Below, one piece after another: positions 1 through 13,087 of a stretch of DNA of 64,000 bases (the first letter of the stretch is position 1; each line of letters starts with the position of its first letter). Made by a program: the position numbers and the translations under genes. The stretch spans positions 1 through 64,000 of the forward strand of contig MCFE01000018.1 in the NCBI GenBank assembly GCA_002104905.1, read 5' to 3'. The notes beneath the pieces are model-generated. The model was not told the DNA's origin and did not search any database. It saw nothing but the letters and a program-made list of their open reading frames with translations. The DNA comes from Basidiobolus meristosporus CBS 931.73 (lineage: Eukaryota; Fungi; Basidiobolomycota).

Positions 1-262
1 TTCACCCAAAATGCACACAAAGCAGCCTAACTATTTCAGGGTACTGGCGCAGCTAGAGCGTCGGCGCAATTGAAGTGATGCCTTGGAACAAAGGAGTAAA
101 TACATCAATCATTCTAGCATTGATCCAGACGTGAATGAAAAGAAAATACATTGAAAAGCAATTATGCAAAGAGTTGGGGTCGGGTTAAGATTAACGTAAG
201 GAATACAGAGGTGGAAATTACACGGGCGTTGCTCTATGAAGGATGAAGGCCTGGGTGGGGCG

Positions 263-1242
263 TTAGACGCGGACTACCAGAGCTTGGATGACTCCTCTGC
301 TAGGGATCTTGGTATCTCTAACCGACGCGCTGTCCTCGAGGATCTTCCCCATGTATATGAAGCGAATATTCACCGAGGCAGGATCGACATTTTCGATCGC
401 GCATAGTTTGTTTTTCACCGTCCGCATGGTATCATCGAGATTCACCTTAACATGTGCATCTTGCCCTGTGTTTAACCGAATGATCAGCTCTTCTTGGTCG
501 AGAGCCGAATCTGTCGAGGCAGGGGGTGTATATACCGGCTCAGCTGTAGGCTCGTAAGTGACTTGAGGCTGAGGCTCGGGTTGGGGCTCGGCTGGGCTCG
601 GGCTCGGGTTCGGACTCCGACTCGGAGTCAACATGTTCTGTGATAGTGATGATAGGGATTTGTGGCTCAAAGGTGACATTGTTGCCAACTTTTTTATCCG
701 ACATTTCCAGGTCAGGAGCAAGGGCGAGGTTTCTGAGGTGTTCGTCTGACGTGCGGAGAAGATTGGTCGGCTCAACGAAGCAGTACAAAGGCACAACGTA
801 GCGGTTTCCTTGTTCGTCGGTGCAACCGTCCGAAAGATGGCCCGTGGGCACAGTAAGCTTCAGGGAATTAACAATGGTCTGTGCTTGGGAGAGATCGGTG
901 GTCTCGCACGCGGCTCGTAACTGATCCCAGACTTCTTTGCGTCCCTAAAATGAGCGAGTTAGAATATAGGCCGTGCGAAACTGACGTGCTTCATTCTTAC
1001 CTCATACGTGGAAGTGGCCTCCCAAAAAGCATCGCGTTTTGCCTGGAGTTGCACGAGGGTGATTGGGGAATCCGAGGTCCAAGATATGGATTTGTTCCGC
1101 AGCTGCTTGTTGCCTACACATAGCTAGAGTTGAGCATGGGTAAATAAGAGAGTGGCAAGCAATAAACCTTACCACTAGCAGGAATATTGTCTAGCGCCCG
1201 GCTGGGTTCATTATCAACTAGTTGGGAAGAACAGCAACCCAT
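263..1242 (-). CDS. Ubiquitin domain-containing protein (UBTD1/2, DC-UbP-like), multi-exon
   Basis: Starts MGCCSSQ (ATG at 1242; likely myristoylation/palmitoylation signal). Contains the DC-UbP-type segment GCTDEQGNRYVVPLYCFVEPTNL, an EP-rich linker and a C-terminal ubiquitin-like domain (IIRLNTG...IRFIYMGKILED). Apparent frameshift in the GAGCCC repeat near 590. Confidence 0.8.
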
Positions 1243-2167
1243 TGGAGCAAGTGGGAATCGGGACAGAAAAGAGGAAGTTGAGTAAAAGGAAGTATGAGTT
1301 GGCTTTTGGTGAACCAATTGCAAAGTCAATGGAAATTTTTATAATATTAGAAACAACAACTCATCCCGTGAGATATATATACAAAATAGGAATTGATATT
1401 GAGCCATAGATATAAATATATTAGTCAACTTGGTCTCATTGTCCAAACATCTACGCAATCATTATCAGTGAGGAAGACCCACTCATTTGACACTAGGTAT
1501 CATTCTGGTGATATCGGCAGCCAAGGTAGAAGTGAAATGCGCTCAGACTGTGCAATTTTTACCGATGAAATGGGGTGATTTGCTATTGCTTGTTTGGCCA
1601 AATTGGCGATGATTTGGGCTAATGGAAACACGAGCCAGGCCATTGGGCAAAGCGTTCTGGGATAGGAAAAGTTCGATGGCATCCAGAATTCTGAAGAGCG
1701 ACCTTCTCTTTAGAAAACGCTGAGACTTAGCCACCTTACCGCGTTCTTTCGATGGTCGAGCCTACCAACAATGGCGAAGTATTGGTGACAAAGTAACTCT
1801 GAGGCTATAAAAGCCCATTGTAGTAATTTCGCCTCACTGATTAGTCTGAACGATACAATCGGATGATATAACGGCATGAATGATATGAATGGTGTGTATG
1901 GTATCAGTGGATGATCCCCTTCGTTTCTATTGAGAATCACCCCAATGTTAGCCATGGCCGTTAGAACAATGGTGATCTATCTTTTTCACTAATGCCCACT
2001 TTAGATCACTCTTCTTCGAACAATGCATGGGCTTTCCGTCCAATGGCCCATGAAACATATGATTTGCTACCTCGGCTGGAAGTGAGATGACAATCAATGA
2101 TGGTTTATTACTTTCCCAGTATAATATCAGCGGATGAATAACAGATAGGCCGTGCTACGGACCCATT

Positions 2168-2965
2168 TCAGTAGACAAACTGAGGCAAGGGGAAAGCGAT
2201 TGATCTTGGTCAGTATCCGCGACGTTTCGATGAAATGAGGGGGTGCACAAACCTGAGAAAGATAGGACTCCGCAACGATACGGGCACGAGCGTTCAGCGA
2301 AAGCTTCATCTCACTGATCTCTTTGTCCACCTCCTCCATAAACTCGATGATGAAGTCGACCAACTTGTGCTTGAACATCTGTTCAGTATGGAAATTGGTT
2401 AACAAGAAGCTGATGTCGTATCCCTAGAAAGCGTTTCGTGTTAATGGTTAGAATTCGCAACAAGGTTTTCCTTCGGAAACTTCCAAACAAAAACTTAGCC
2501 TACCTTGACGGGTTTCCGGCGCAAGATAATAAAGTTGTCGGCTCTCATCATTAAGAAACGTGTGAACTTGTGGGCCAAAATCTTCTCGATCTCATCCGCC
2601 TGCTTAATCTTGATGCTGACGCGCACCGAGTTGATGGAGGTCTCAATCAAAACCTGTTCGTTTTCGTTACGACTGATGACCAAAGGGTTGAGCAGAACCT
2701 CCTTGGTGGTGCTACAGATTCGAGTGAGATGGGGTGGCTTAAGGTGAAGACCCTCTCCGTAAAATCAACTGCTGACATACCTGGCCTCAACCTCAGGCTT
2801 GTTATGCTTTTCTACGACCTGAGATGAGAAGTTCTCTAGACACAAGGCCGCATTGAGGGTGGCACGTACGGCGGAAAGATAAGGACGGAGTGTGTTGGAC
2901 TATGGGAATTGGATTAACCTCAGGGGTGCGAAATTCGGCAATGATGAACGCTTCGTAGTTACCAT
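2168..2965 (-). CDS. ARPC4: Arp2/3 complex 20 kDa subunit (ARPC4/Arc19)
   Basis: ATG-only first exon, then [70 protein letters not shown] and [40 protein letters not shown] introns; ends FVY*. Confidence 0.96.
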
Positions 2966-3264
2966 GTTTCTACAGGAAAAGTGCAAACGTGAAGTGACGT
3001 ATAACTGCTCTCTACAGGTGTGTTGAAGAAATTCACAAATCAACCGCTCACTTTCATGGGATCTCGAGATGAAATGGACCCTTCTCTCGAAATAGGTCAC
3101 TGATTTGTAGCTTATGCAAGATCTTATTCGGATGGAATTATTTATCTGTCATGTCGATTCCACGTAATGACTCAGTTTTGTTCATCAACTGCGGATTCCC
3201 AGATTATAAATGTGGACCACGCACAGTGTCGGGTGTAGCCAGACAAGGTCCCCCAATCCCAAGA

Positions 3265-3768
3265 ATGAGTGAAGTTTTGATTCGGGACACCACCAGAGCA
3301 GATGTGCCAATCATATTTCGAATGATCAAAGATCTAGCAAGATACGAAAAGCTGGAGTCCGAGGTTGTTTCAACGGAGGAGGAGATGGGCGAGGCGCTGT
3401 TCGGAGGCAGTTGCCAATCCACCACACAGGTGGTTTTCGCATATGTCAACACGCCCGAGGGAGACGAGAAGGTGGTTGGATTCGCACTGTTCTTCCACAA
3501 CTTCTCTACCTTTTTGGGAAAACACGGGATTTACCTGGAGGATTTGTATGTCGTCGAGGAATACCGCAGCAAAGGAGTTGGCACAAAGCTGTTGAAATTC
3601 CTCGCCAAGCGCGCTGTGTCCAACAGCTTCGGTAGGGTTGATTGGTGGGTGTTAAACTGGAACAAGAATGCCATCGGGTTTTACGAAAAGATCGGCGCTG
3701 TACCGATGGACGAGTGGACCACCTACAGACTTACTGGGGACGCTCTCAAGAAGTTCGCCGAAGAATAA
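3265..3768 (+). CDS. GNAT N-acetyltransferase, diamine/spermidine acetyltransferase (SSAT)-like, intronless
   Basis: MSEVLIRDTT...GFALFFHNFSTFLGKHGIYLEDLYVVEEYRSKGVGTKLL (motif A, RxxGxG), followed by VLNWNKNAIGFYEKIGA. The real ATG is at 3265, inside the longer track ORF. Confidence 0.9.
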   Translation: MSEVLIRDTTRADVPIIFRMIKDLARYEKLESEVVSTEEEMGEALFGGSCQSTTQVVFAYVNTPEGDEKVVGFALFFHNFSTFLGKHGIYLEDLYVVEEYRSKGVGTKLLKFLAKRAVSNSFGRVDWWVLNWNKNAIGFYEKIGAVPMDEWTTYRLTGDALKKFAEE

Positions 3769-4649
3769 ACAATCCCACATTACAACCCCACCTTTTATCG
3801 GATATACTGTTTATCTTCATGACCTGCCCCTTTTTGTCTCTTCATTCGATCACTCTCAAGCGCGCCCTGCCTCACAGCACCGTTGGCCGATGAATCCATC
3901 TGTGATCGAGCATCAGTGCTTCGCTTGGCTGCCTCTTTGGAAAATACGATATGCGCACACTTGGACGTCAACCATGTTGTCATCACTTGAGGTTCAGATG
4001 GTTTTTATTTCTTTACCGCGGAAGAGCAAAATTTAATTCATCATTCCTAGCGCTTTGTATTGGGATATAACGACACTAGACTGGTACAGAGATAATGGCA
4101 AAATGGGATAAAATCGGATGAGATAAGAGATAGTGAATAGTCTGTATGTATGTAGAAGCATCCAGAAGACCGAACGTTAGCCTAGTAAAAGGTTCTGCTC
4201 AACACCGAAGGTTCTGTCTATTACGAAGAAGGTTGGTTGGTCGATAAGAGCGGGTGCTATGAAGAGGTTTAGAGGTGGGACCAGTGACGTCGATGGTAAA
4301 GATAACAATGAAGGCGAAAGAGTATGCGGGCGGTGAGGCTGGGGGGGGGGTAATGGCCGACTGAAATTAGGCTGTAGAACACTCGCAAAAAATGGGAGAC
4401 GGCAGTGGCTGATATGGGTTTGGAATCGTATCTCTTTCAGAAATTGGAAATCATTAAAATCTTGCTAAAGGCGTATATAGAGGGCGGAGCTCGGAGGGAG
4501 TCATCTTTATCTTCCCTCTAAATTCCTGGGGAATGAGTACAAAACAATAGTCAACGTAATTATAGGATAGGTGAGTAGGTTGGGGGAATAATTCAGGTAA
4601 ACACTCGAGAGTTGTAGGAGGGTTTAGCGATAGCGGAGGCTGGACTGAA

Positions 4650-5557
<908 letters not shown>

Positions 5558-6329
5558 TATATTAACTTGAGAGGATAGGAAGAATAAAAGGTAGAGGCTA
5601 AACCAGTAGAAATACTTTGGGGGGGGTTCGAAGGGAGTAGGTCGAGAAAAGAGAAAGGATCCACTCAGGGAAGTAGAAATGAGACCACGAATAAAGGGTT
5701 TTGGGGAAAAGAGGGGGAGTGTGAGTATATCCCTCTATGCTAGAGTGTAAGGGGTATCGCCAATATTCCACATCGTCTCGCAAATTAAAGCTATTCAAGT
5801 ATGTACTACCTGTCACTTGCGCACCTAATATCCCCAAATCGGAATTCAATGCTATTATTTTATTGTCTATTCCACTCTAGAATAATCCTCCGGCCTTATC
5901 CCGCCATTAATCTCCTTTGCAACCCAGAGGAAATTAATTAATGTGTAAGTTGTCGGTTGAGAAGTGGAATGTGAGATACGGGATGTTGGATGTGGCATGT
6001 AAAACGACGTTACATGATTGACATGGCTCGAAATATTAGGGAACTCGTTGATTTGCTATCACAGTGTCACTAATTTAACCATCTTGCCTAATATGAACAT
6101 TAATCAGATGCTAAGCAATATTCTCGTATAAGTCGAAGACTCACCCCAGTCAGCCCCTCCCTCGTGCCTGGGGAGAGGATTTCACTTAACCAGAGTTACT
6201 AACTCAAGTCTGAAATCTTAACTGAATCTGACTAATTGGTGTAAAAACGTCATCCATGTGAGCGCTTAATGCAAGCAGCACCTAGTGGTAGCATCGTGAC
6301 TCGTCCCTCAAGTCTTGACAACACGGAAA

Positions 6330-8255
6330 ATGACTGCTGCCACTACCACCGATGAAATATATAATGCAATAATAAGCCACACCTCCATAGATTCCATTAA
6401 GGAATCCCTATTTCCGTTGTTGACCTCAACACCTGCCAACCTATTCACGCTACCACTCTCTGATAACCAAGATCCCCTCGCGCTACTGAACCCGGCTGAG
6501 CATTCCCTTGGATATCTCTACTTTCTGTATGTATGCTTGGTATTGAGATGTGCCTGTATGTTTCGAGTGGTGTCTGATTTGATTTTGACAAACAGTACTG
6601 CGAAGGGTTCGCAAGAGAATGCCGATTTAACCTTGTTATACCAACACGTGTTGAACTTTCTGGAGCATTTCGATAAAAAGCAGATCGCCTGTGGATTGAA
6701 GCGATGTGAGTCTCGACTTATCTTGAGGATATACCGATCATTTGTTTGACGCCAACTCTCTAGTCTATCAGTTAGCCCCCATATTGATTAAATTCTCGTC
6801 GGCAAGTGGAAAGGTCAGTATGCCGCATTTCCTTAGGGGCCGTACTTGCATTCTCATCTTCAGTGTTAGCCCATTCTTGCTACTAGACCCTTACGATTAG
6901 CTATCCAGAAGATAGTGCCTGAGGGCACCTTGACACCATTACATCCTATTCTGATCAAGGTACATGGCTCCCAAGGCCACCGATGGAAACAGTTACATGC
7001 TGACCTGCTCTAATACAGGAATGCCTCTTGGGCAAGCTATATACAGATGCCCTTTCTGTCCTAGACACAAATATCACCGAGCTTGATCCTAAGGTTTGTT
7101 GTCGACGAGGTGTATTCGATTTCCACGATTGCTTGTTAATCCGGCGATGTCCTACAGACGACCCATATCAAAGTTCAGGATCATTTACTGTATCATTACT
7201 ATGGGGCAATGGTCTACATCGGGCTCAAGAAATTCTCACGTGCGGCCGAATTTTTAGAGTTGGTATGTATCTCTTCAAGGAACATGGAGAAGAGCATGTT
7301 GAGATCTGGCTCACACATCAGTATCACAGGTGATAGCCACCCCTTCCCTTGCCACAAGCGCGATTCAGGTCGAGGCTTACAAAAAGCAGCTATTGGTCTC
7401 TCTTCTGCTAGAAGGGCAGGTAACAGATAATTGATTCTAATCATGAACAATTAGTATAGCTTCACTCACACCATTGCAGCTGATTAGCTTGCCGAAGTAC
7501 ACCGCACAGTGCGTCATTCAAAACATCAAAGTTCTTTGCGCCCCCTACCTAGACTTTGCCAGTGCCTACTCCTCCCTTAACATGGCCAGAGTGAGGGCAG
7601 AACTGGGGGTACACGAGAGCACATTTATCAAGGTAAAGCATAGGTGTTGTCATATTTACCCAGCGTACATCTGATCATCAACGTCGAACGTCTAGGACAA
7701 GAACCACGGCTTGATTTTGCAATGCCTCGACGCACTGTATCGCCGCAACATCCTCCAACTTACCAGAACCTATTTGACGCTGTCCATGGAGGATATTGCC
7801 AGGACAGTCGGACTCGAGGGCCCTACAGCTACTCAGGAAGCGGAAAAATATGTTCTACAAATGGTCAGTGCTTCTTTTGAGCCCATTCCACCCAAACAAG
7901 TTCACGAACGTATCGCAAAACTAGATTGAATCCGGAGATATCTTTGCCTCCATACATTACAGACCCGAGGGCTCCATGGTCTCGTTCGAGGAGAACCCTG
8001 ACTGCCACAATACCTCGGAAACCCTCGCCATTCTTCACCAGAAATTGCAATTAGCCAGCGAGATTGGTAAGCGGGTCGGTAAAATGGAGCAGGACATCGC
8101 GTGCAGCAAGGAGTATCTAGCCAAGGTAATTCGGGATCCTACTACGCAAGCCGAGCCCTATTAACCACCCCACATTGCACCAGATACTGCTCTCCCGAAA
8201 TAACGAGCCGGTGTCAATGCAAAATGAAGAGATGGACTTCATCGACGCACCATGA
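6330..8255 (+). CDS. CSN3: COP9 signalosome subunit 3 (PCI domain), multi-exon
   Basis: [44 protein letters not shown] and [19 protein letters not shown] segments, joined by GT-AG introns. Confidence 0.85.
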
Positions 8256-8624
8256 GGTCACCAAGAGTTAAGCATGTTTGGGCAGAGAACGTGTTTAAAT
8301 TGAGTAAATAGTGTGGTGGGGGATTTTGTTACCAGTGCAAAATCTGCCCCAACAGATGTGGATAGGGAAACCATCCCAAGAATCCGATCAAGAATGCTAT
8401 AATAAAATTTAACCACAATGTGAATCGCTATAATAAAACTTAACCAGCGTGAATGGGCGGGAAAAAACACGGGGCTCCTCCCCTCGCCCACTCAGATGAA
8501 CCCCAAAAAGTCGATGATTACTCCATACTGATAGATATCTGGTAGACTGCCAGTTGGCTACAGTTTTGTTGGCTGCTTCCTCTTTGACAAGAAACCTTTC
8601 GCTTTTGTTATACCAGTTGTCAGC

Positions 8625-8973
8625 ATGGTGTTCGGTCGTTTTTCCAGTTATCTTAGAGCTCAAACCCTTAACAACCCTGTGGTTGTCTGGTCCATCGCCT
8701 TGGGTTGCTCCAGTACGTATACGCACTCCGGCTCCCCCAAGTTCAATTCGCTAAACCTCCCGTTTTTCTTCTCCAGGCCCATTGATGGTCATCGTGGTCC
8801 CTAAGATCAGACGTGATTACCTTGGTATCGCCCGAGTTCCCGAGATCCCAACCAGCTACCCCAGTAAGTACCTGAGAAGCGCTCTCTCGACTGCCCGATG
8901 GAACTAACGCTGCCTCCCTCATCTAGTCCCTAACCGTGCCCGTCAAATCCCCCTTGGCTTTGACGACGAATAA
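8625..8973 (+). CDS. NDUFA3: Complex I accessory subunit NDUFA3/NI9M (fungal 9.5 kDa subunit); not in ORF track
   Basis: Exons 8625-8712, 8777-8863 and 8927-8973 splice in frame to 73 aa: MVFGRFSSYLRAQTLNNPVVVWSIALGCSSPLMVIVVPKIRRDYLGIARVPEIPTSYPIPNRARQIPLGFDDE*. This matches the fungal 9.5 kDa pattern (TM helix, then IPxxYPIP...GF/YDD). Confidence 0.85.
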
Positions 8974-9292
8974 GTCATTTTGATCAGATCCACCCCACCA
9001 TTCACTTGACCTCACACGCATCTACTCCACATGGTCCAACTAACCGCCCACCAAGGTTAATTGTTGCCATCATCAATACGAGTCTTGTACATGATCCTTG
9101 ATCGTAGTAATAAAGTCATCTCCACTGGAAAGGGTTCATAAGTGCAAATGTCAGATGAAAGATTTATTAAGGTGTGGATGTGTGGTTAACAGACGAGCGG
9201 ATCAGGCAAAAAGGGTTTTGGGTCAGGCGAGGGGTAGAAACAACATCGGGTAAATGGTTCAAGTAAACACTCTTTAATCAACTCGATGGGAT

Positions 9293-9776
9293 TTAGATGC
9301 CCAACTCCTCTCTGGTGGGGACACCGAGCTCCTCCTTGATGGCCTTTAATTCGTCGAGATATTGCTTGTACTGACCCTCGTTCTCGACCTTTCTGCTTAA
9401 GTCCCTCGAAGATACGAACGGCGGTGGCGAAGTCGTTAACACGTCTGGAGGCCTTGAGGGCAGACTCGATGACGGTGGGCGAGGGGACCATGTCGTAGGC
9501 GAAGCAGTTGTTGAGACCGCGTTGGAGTTCGAAGATGTCATCAACCCCGTCGAAGAACTTGACGTAACGCTCGGTCAAGGTTTCGAAAGATTCCTCTTCA
9601 TGACCGGCAGAGTAGAAGCGAGTGGCTAGAAGATTCAAGGGTGGTGAGTAGGTCGGTCAGCTACGTGTTGACAAACATGCTCGGCGCCTACCTTGGACAA
9701 TGCGAGCGTTGTTGGAGGCACGAAGGGCGAGGGGGGCGTTACGGGCAACAGCGGCCAAGGAACGAACACGGAACAT
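9293..9776 (-). CDS. COX6: Cytochrome c oxidase subunit Cox6 (COX5A homolog)
   Basis: Mitochondrial presequence exon MFRVRSLAAVARNAP, then ELQRGLNNCFAYDMVPSPTVIESALKASRRVNDFATAVRIFEGLK and VENEGQYKQYLDEL...PTREEL. One extra base in a T run near 9391 shifts the frame. Confidence 0.95.
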
Positions 9777-10451
9777 GTTTAATAAGTGGAGCTAACAAAG
9801 AGAGACGTTTCCGTCGAGTGAATATCCGTCTCCACACTAAGTAAAATTGTGGTCGGCTCTACTCATTGGGGTGCTCATTTTTTGCCGCTGGACCAGGGGG
9901 TTCCCCCGTCACATCGGACATAGGGAGTTCAGGAAATTCAGGGGATTTGGGGTCTAAAGTGCGTTTAGTAAAATTCACTTCCTACTTAATTGGTTAAGTA
10001 ACCGTTCTTATCGCTGGGAATGATTAAATCCGATTCCTTTCCCCGCACTTGTCCCACTCTTGTTGGGACCATGGATCGGTCTAGTCCAAACATGTGAAGA
10101 AAATCCATTTGTCTACCGAAGTGGCCAGAAATTTTCCTCCCGAAAAGATTTGTCTTCGTTGATTGACAGAGGCGTGGGTTTGGGTGTAGCTGGGGTGGTG
10201 GGCGCGGGTGCGGGTGCGGGTGTCACTGTGAATGGAATACAGATAAACGTTTTAACGTGGAAGCAGATATAGTAGATGCAGTTTGGTTTATTGAGTTTAT
10301 TCGTAAAAGACTAGGCATGTCACCTGTGTATACATCAAAATTGGCAAACGGGTCTGTGAAGGTTACTTGCAAGACGCATTTCATGAATGTATAACCAAGG
10401 GATATGTCTGGAGACGAAAGGATTGCGCGGGAGGGTAAAGAGAGTTGGCAT

Positions 10452-10625
10452 TTAGGCGGACTTCTTTTCGGCTTCGAGTTTAGCGTAGAAGGCATCGCGC
10501 TTGTGATTTCCGGCAAGGTGGATGTTGTACCAGAAGTAGTAACCGGCGGCAGTACCGAGGGTAAGTCCGATGGCGATATCTTTGAGAGCGGCTCTCTTAA
10601 TGGTACCGGTGATGGGAGCGATCAT
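10452..10625 (-). CDS. COX9: Cytochrome c oxidase subunit Cox9 (fungal VIIa); 57 aa, below ORF-track cutoff
   Basis: MIAPITGTIKRAALKDIAIGLTLGTAAGYYFWYNIHLAGNHKRDAFYAKLEAEKKSA* shows the classic IAPITG...RD.FY.KLE Cox9 signature. Confidence 0.9.
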   Translation of the reverse strand: MIAPITGTIKRAALKDIAIGLTLGTAAGYYFWYNIHLAGNHKRDAFYAKLEAEKKSA

Positions 10626-11044
10626 TTTGTCGAAGAGGAAAGAAGTGTATCAGGGCAAGGTTTGTCCGAGGTTTATCAAGCTAATAACTCTCGATACTCT
10701 AACCTACCCTCCCCTCGATGACACGTGTATTCACCATCCCCAACCCTTGGCATCGCCAATAAAACTGGGGTCCCACCCCATTTCCAGATCATCACAATAT
10801 ACCAAGCAACCCTCCAGCCTAACTGATTGTTTTAGGAGCAATGGTTAATAATAGTTAATAGTGGTGGAGACGAGTGTTTATGGACACGAGTATTTATGGA
10901 GATAGATCAGGCTAAGAGAGTAGATAAACGGGGTATCCGAAGTAACGTGCCGAAGTAACGTGCAAATCATGGTAGAAACTATTCTATGATTTCCAAAGTG
11001 GCGTGCAAACCATGGTAGAAGCTATTCTATGGAGTTCAAGGTGC

Positions 11045-12543
11045 TTAGGTCTTGTTCTCCTTTTCCAGAAGTTTCTGGTGGGCCTCTTGCGCCCAGCTTT
11101 GCATGTCGACCTCGGTGGCTTCGTACCTTCTTAGCCAGGGGTGCGCCTATGGTATGGGTGGTGGGTGATGGGTGGTTAGACGAGGAAATCTCAAAGCTCC
11201 CTAAACAATCGAACAAACCAAGATGTCGGAGTATTTGGGGCGTGTGTTAGGGTCCTTGACAAGGCTACATAGGGGGGGGGGTGAGAAACGGCAGGTCTAG
11301 CTGGATGGGAAGAGAGGGTGCTGCTTACCACTTGTCGACAAAATCCCGACATTCGTCTGAATAGCGATCCTCTGGCAGGGGAAGCGGCTGGCCCATGACG
11401 ATGGCATTCAGCTTGGCAAACACGCTGTCGTACTGCTCAGAGGGATAAGGGTATGTGCCAAGCGCCAGCTCCAAAATGGTTAGACCCAGAGACCAGACAT
11501 CCGACTGCACTGTATACGAGTCCGTGGTCCCAGATGTAATTCTTTCGGGCTTTGGGGGAGATGCTCAGTATCAAGACACCCAACGGTTGATTTGAATGTA
11601 CTTACGGCCATGTAGCTCTGACACCCGATATGAGTTTTTGCTAGGGATTGATCAAGCTGCCCTGAAACCCCGAAATCGCACAGCTTCACCTCGCCTTTCG
11701 AGTTGACTAAAATGTTGGTGGGTTTGATGTCTTGTTAAGTGCTTCGTTAGCTGAAAATGAGTCGTGGGATGGGATGGGGCTGAGCAGGATGCTTACCACG
11801 GTGGATGATGGAAAGCTTGTCTTTCAAGAACTTCAACCCTTTCACGATCTGAGGTTGCATCATTTGTGTTAGCGTACGCAAAAGCCCTCTGCCTCCAGAT
11901 GACGCTTACCGATAACGTGATTTTGGCAAGAACATCCTCTGGGATCCCGTCATGGTAGAGTTTGTCTAGCGAGCCACAGTCCATGTACTCCATGCAGTAA
12001 TAAACGCAGGATTCAATGAAGAAGGCTCCATAGAAATCGACGATATACTCGGATTGCGATTTATGAAGCACATCCAGCTCCATGAGAATTTGCTTGAGCT
12101 TGGCTTGCTCGAGCTCCAGTCGAATTTCCTGGCGAACGAATTTCACGGTTAAGAAGCTGCAAGATGGCTAGAGAACAGTGTGTGCAAGACTACCTTCATG
12201 GCCATGGTCACGTTGGTTGGCTTATGGAACACGCGCTGCACGACCCCATATTGCCCCTTTCCAAGTTCCTCCTCCAGTATCAACTCGTCTATGTTGATCT
12301 TGTAACTATTTCCATTCTTAAAATCGACGCCTTTAGCGTGGAGCACGGCTTTTCCGTTAAAGTTCAGCTTGCCCGAAGGATCTCTAAAAGAAGGCCTAAG
12401 CAAAGGGCTAAGAAATAGGGAGCTTCTGACTCTGCTTACACAAATTTGGAGAAGTTCGCAAATGGAGAGTCGGTAGGTGGCAACACCGGGAGGCCACTCA
12501 CCCCTTTACTCAACATGCCCAAGTTCAGTTTAGGATGCTTCAT
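11045..12543 (-). CDS. PBS2: MAP kinase kinase, Pbs2/Wis1 type
   Basis: [46 protein letters not shown]-type catalytic loop, [38 protein letters not shown]. Several introns. Confidence 0.9.
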
Positions 12544-12924
12544 GAAGCTACAGAAATGGTAAAATGGAGATAGATGGGCGACGGGTCACAGAGCAGAGAG
12601 AATACGCAGTATAGATGAGTCGATTGCTGGATGCAGACCAAGGTGGAGAGAAAAATACCTTAATAATAAAACACAGGTAGACTTGAATGGTTCTTGGTGA
12701 GATGATGTCTGTTTCTTACTCGCAAATGGAGGGTGTCGTGGTGAACAGTTGCTGCTGGAATGTCAAGTGAGCTAGCTGAAAACGCAGATACAGATAGAGA
12801 AACACACGACCCGTACTACCTTGAGTGGGGGATCGTCTATCAAATGAACTGCCAATGGATTGCCGGTGAATTGCTGAATAATTCATGGGTGGCAAGTTAT
12901 TTATAGATTGACTAAGCAGAGGCA

Positions 12925-12953
12925 TAAGGGTTAGGGTTAGGGTTAGGGTTAGG
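12925..12953 (+). repeat. Interstitial telomere-type repeat (TAAGGG)(TTAGGG)3TTAGG
   Basis: Read directly. Lies in the intergenic region between divergent PBS2 and the FCP1-like gene. Confidence 0.9.
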
Positions 12954-13087
12954 TCCAAGCCTGGATCACCAAATGGCACGTAGGGTCAACAAACTCTGGA
13001 GTTGAAAGAATCCCTAAATTTTCTTATTGCGCCTTTCCAACTACAAATAGGTAGTTTGGTTACCACTTTGTATATCCTTGAAGAGCC

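Noticed and set aside
575-605. Frameshift inside the UBTD gene (EPEP repeat)
   Set aside because: The GAGCCC unit has lost two Cs from homopolymer runs, which is typical of long-read consensus error. There is no slippery-site or pseudoknot evidence for programmed frameshifting.
1500-1955. Short minus-strand ORFs with intron-like signals between UBTD and ARPC4
   Set aside because: No splice combination I tried gave a recognisable or long in-frame product. It may be UTR or non-coding transcript; support is insufficient.
8409-8726. 105-aa minus-strand ORF
   Set aside because: Antisense shadow of the spliced NDUFA3 gene on the plus strand.
9385-9395. Frameshift in COX6
   Set aside because: A single extra T in a T run of a conserved respiratory gene, with both sides perfectly conserved. 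Most likely an assembly error rather than a pseudogene or recoding.
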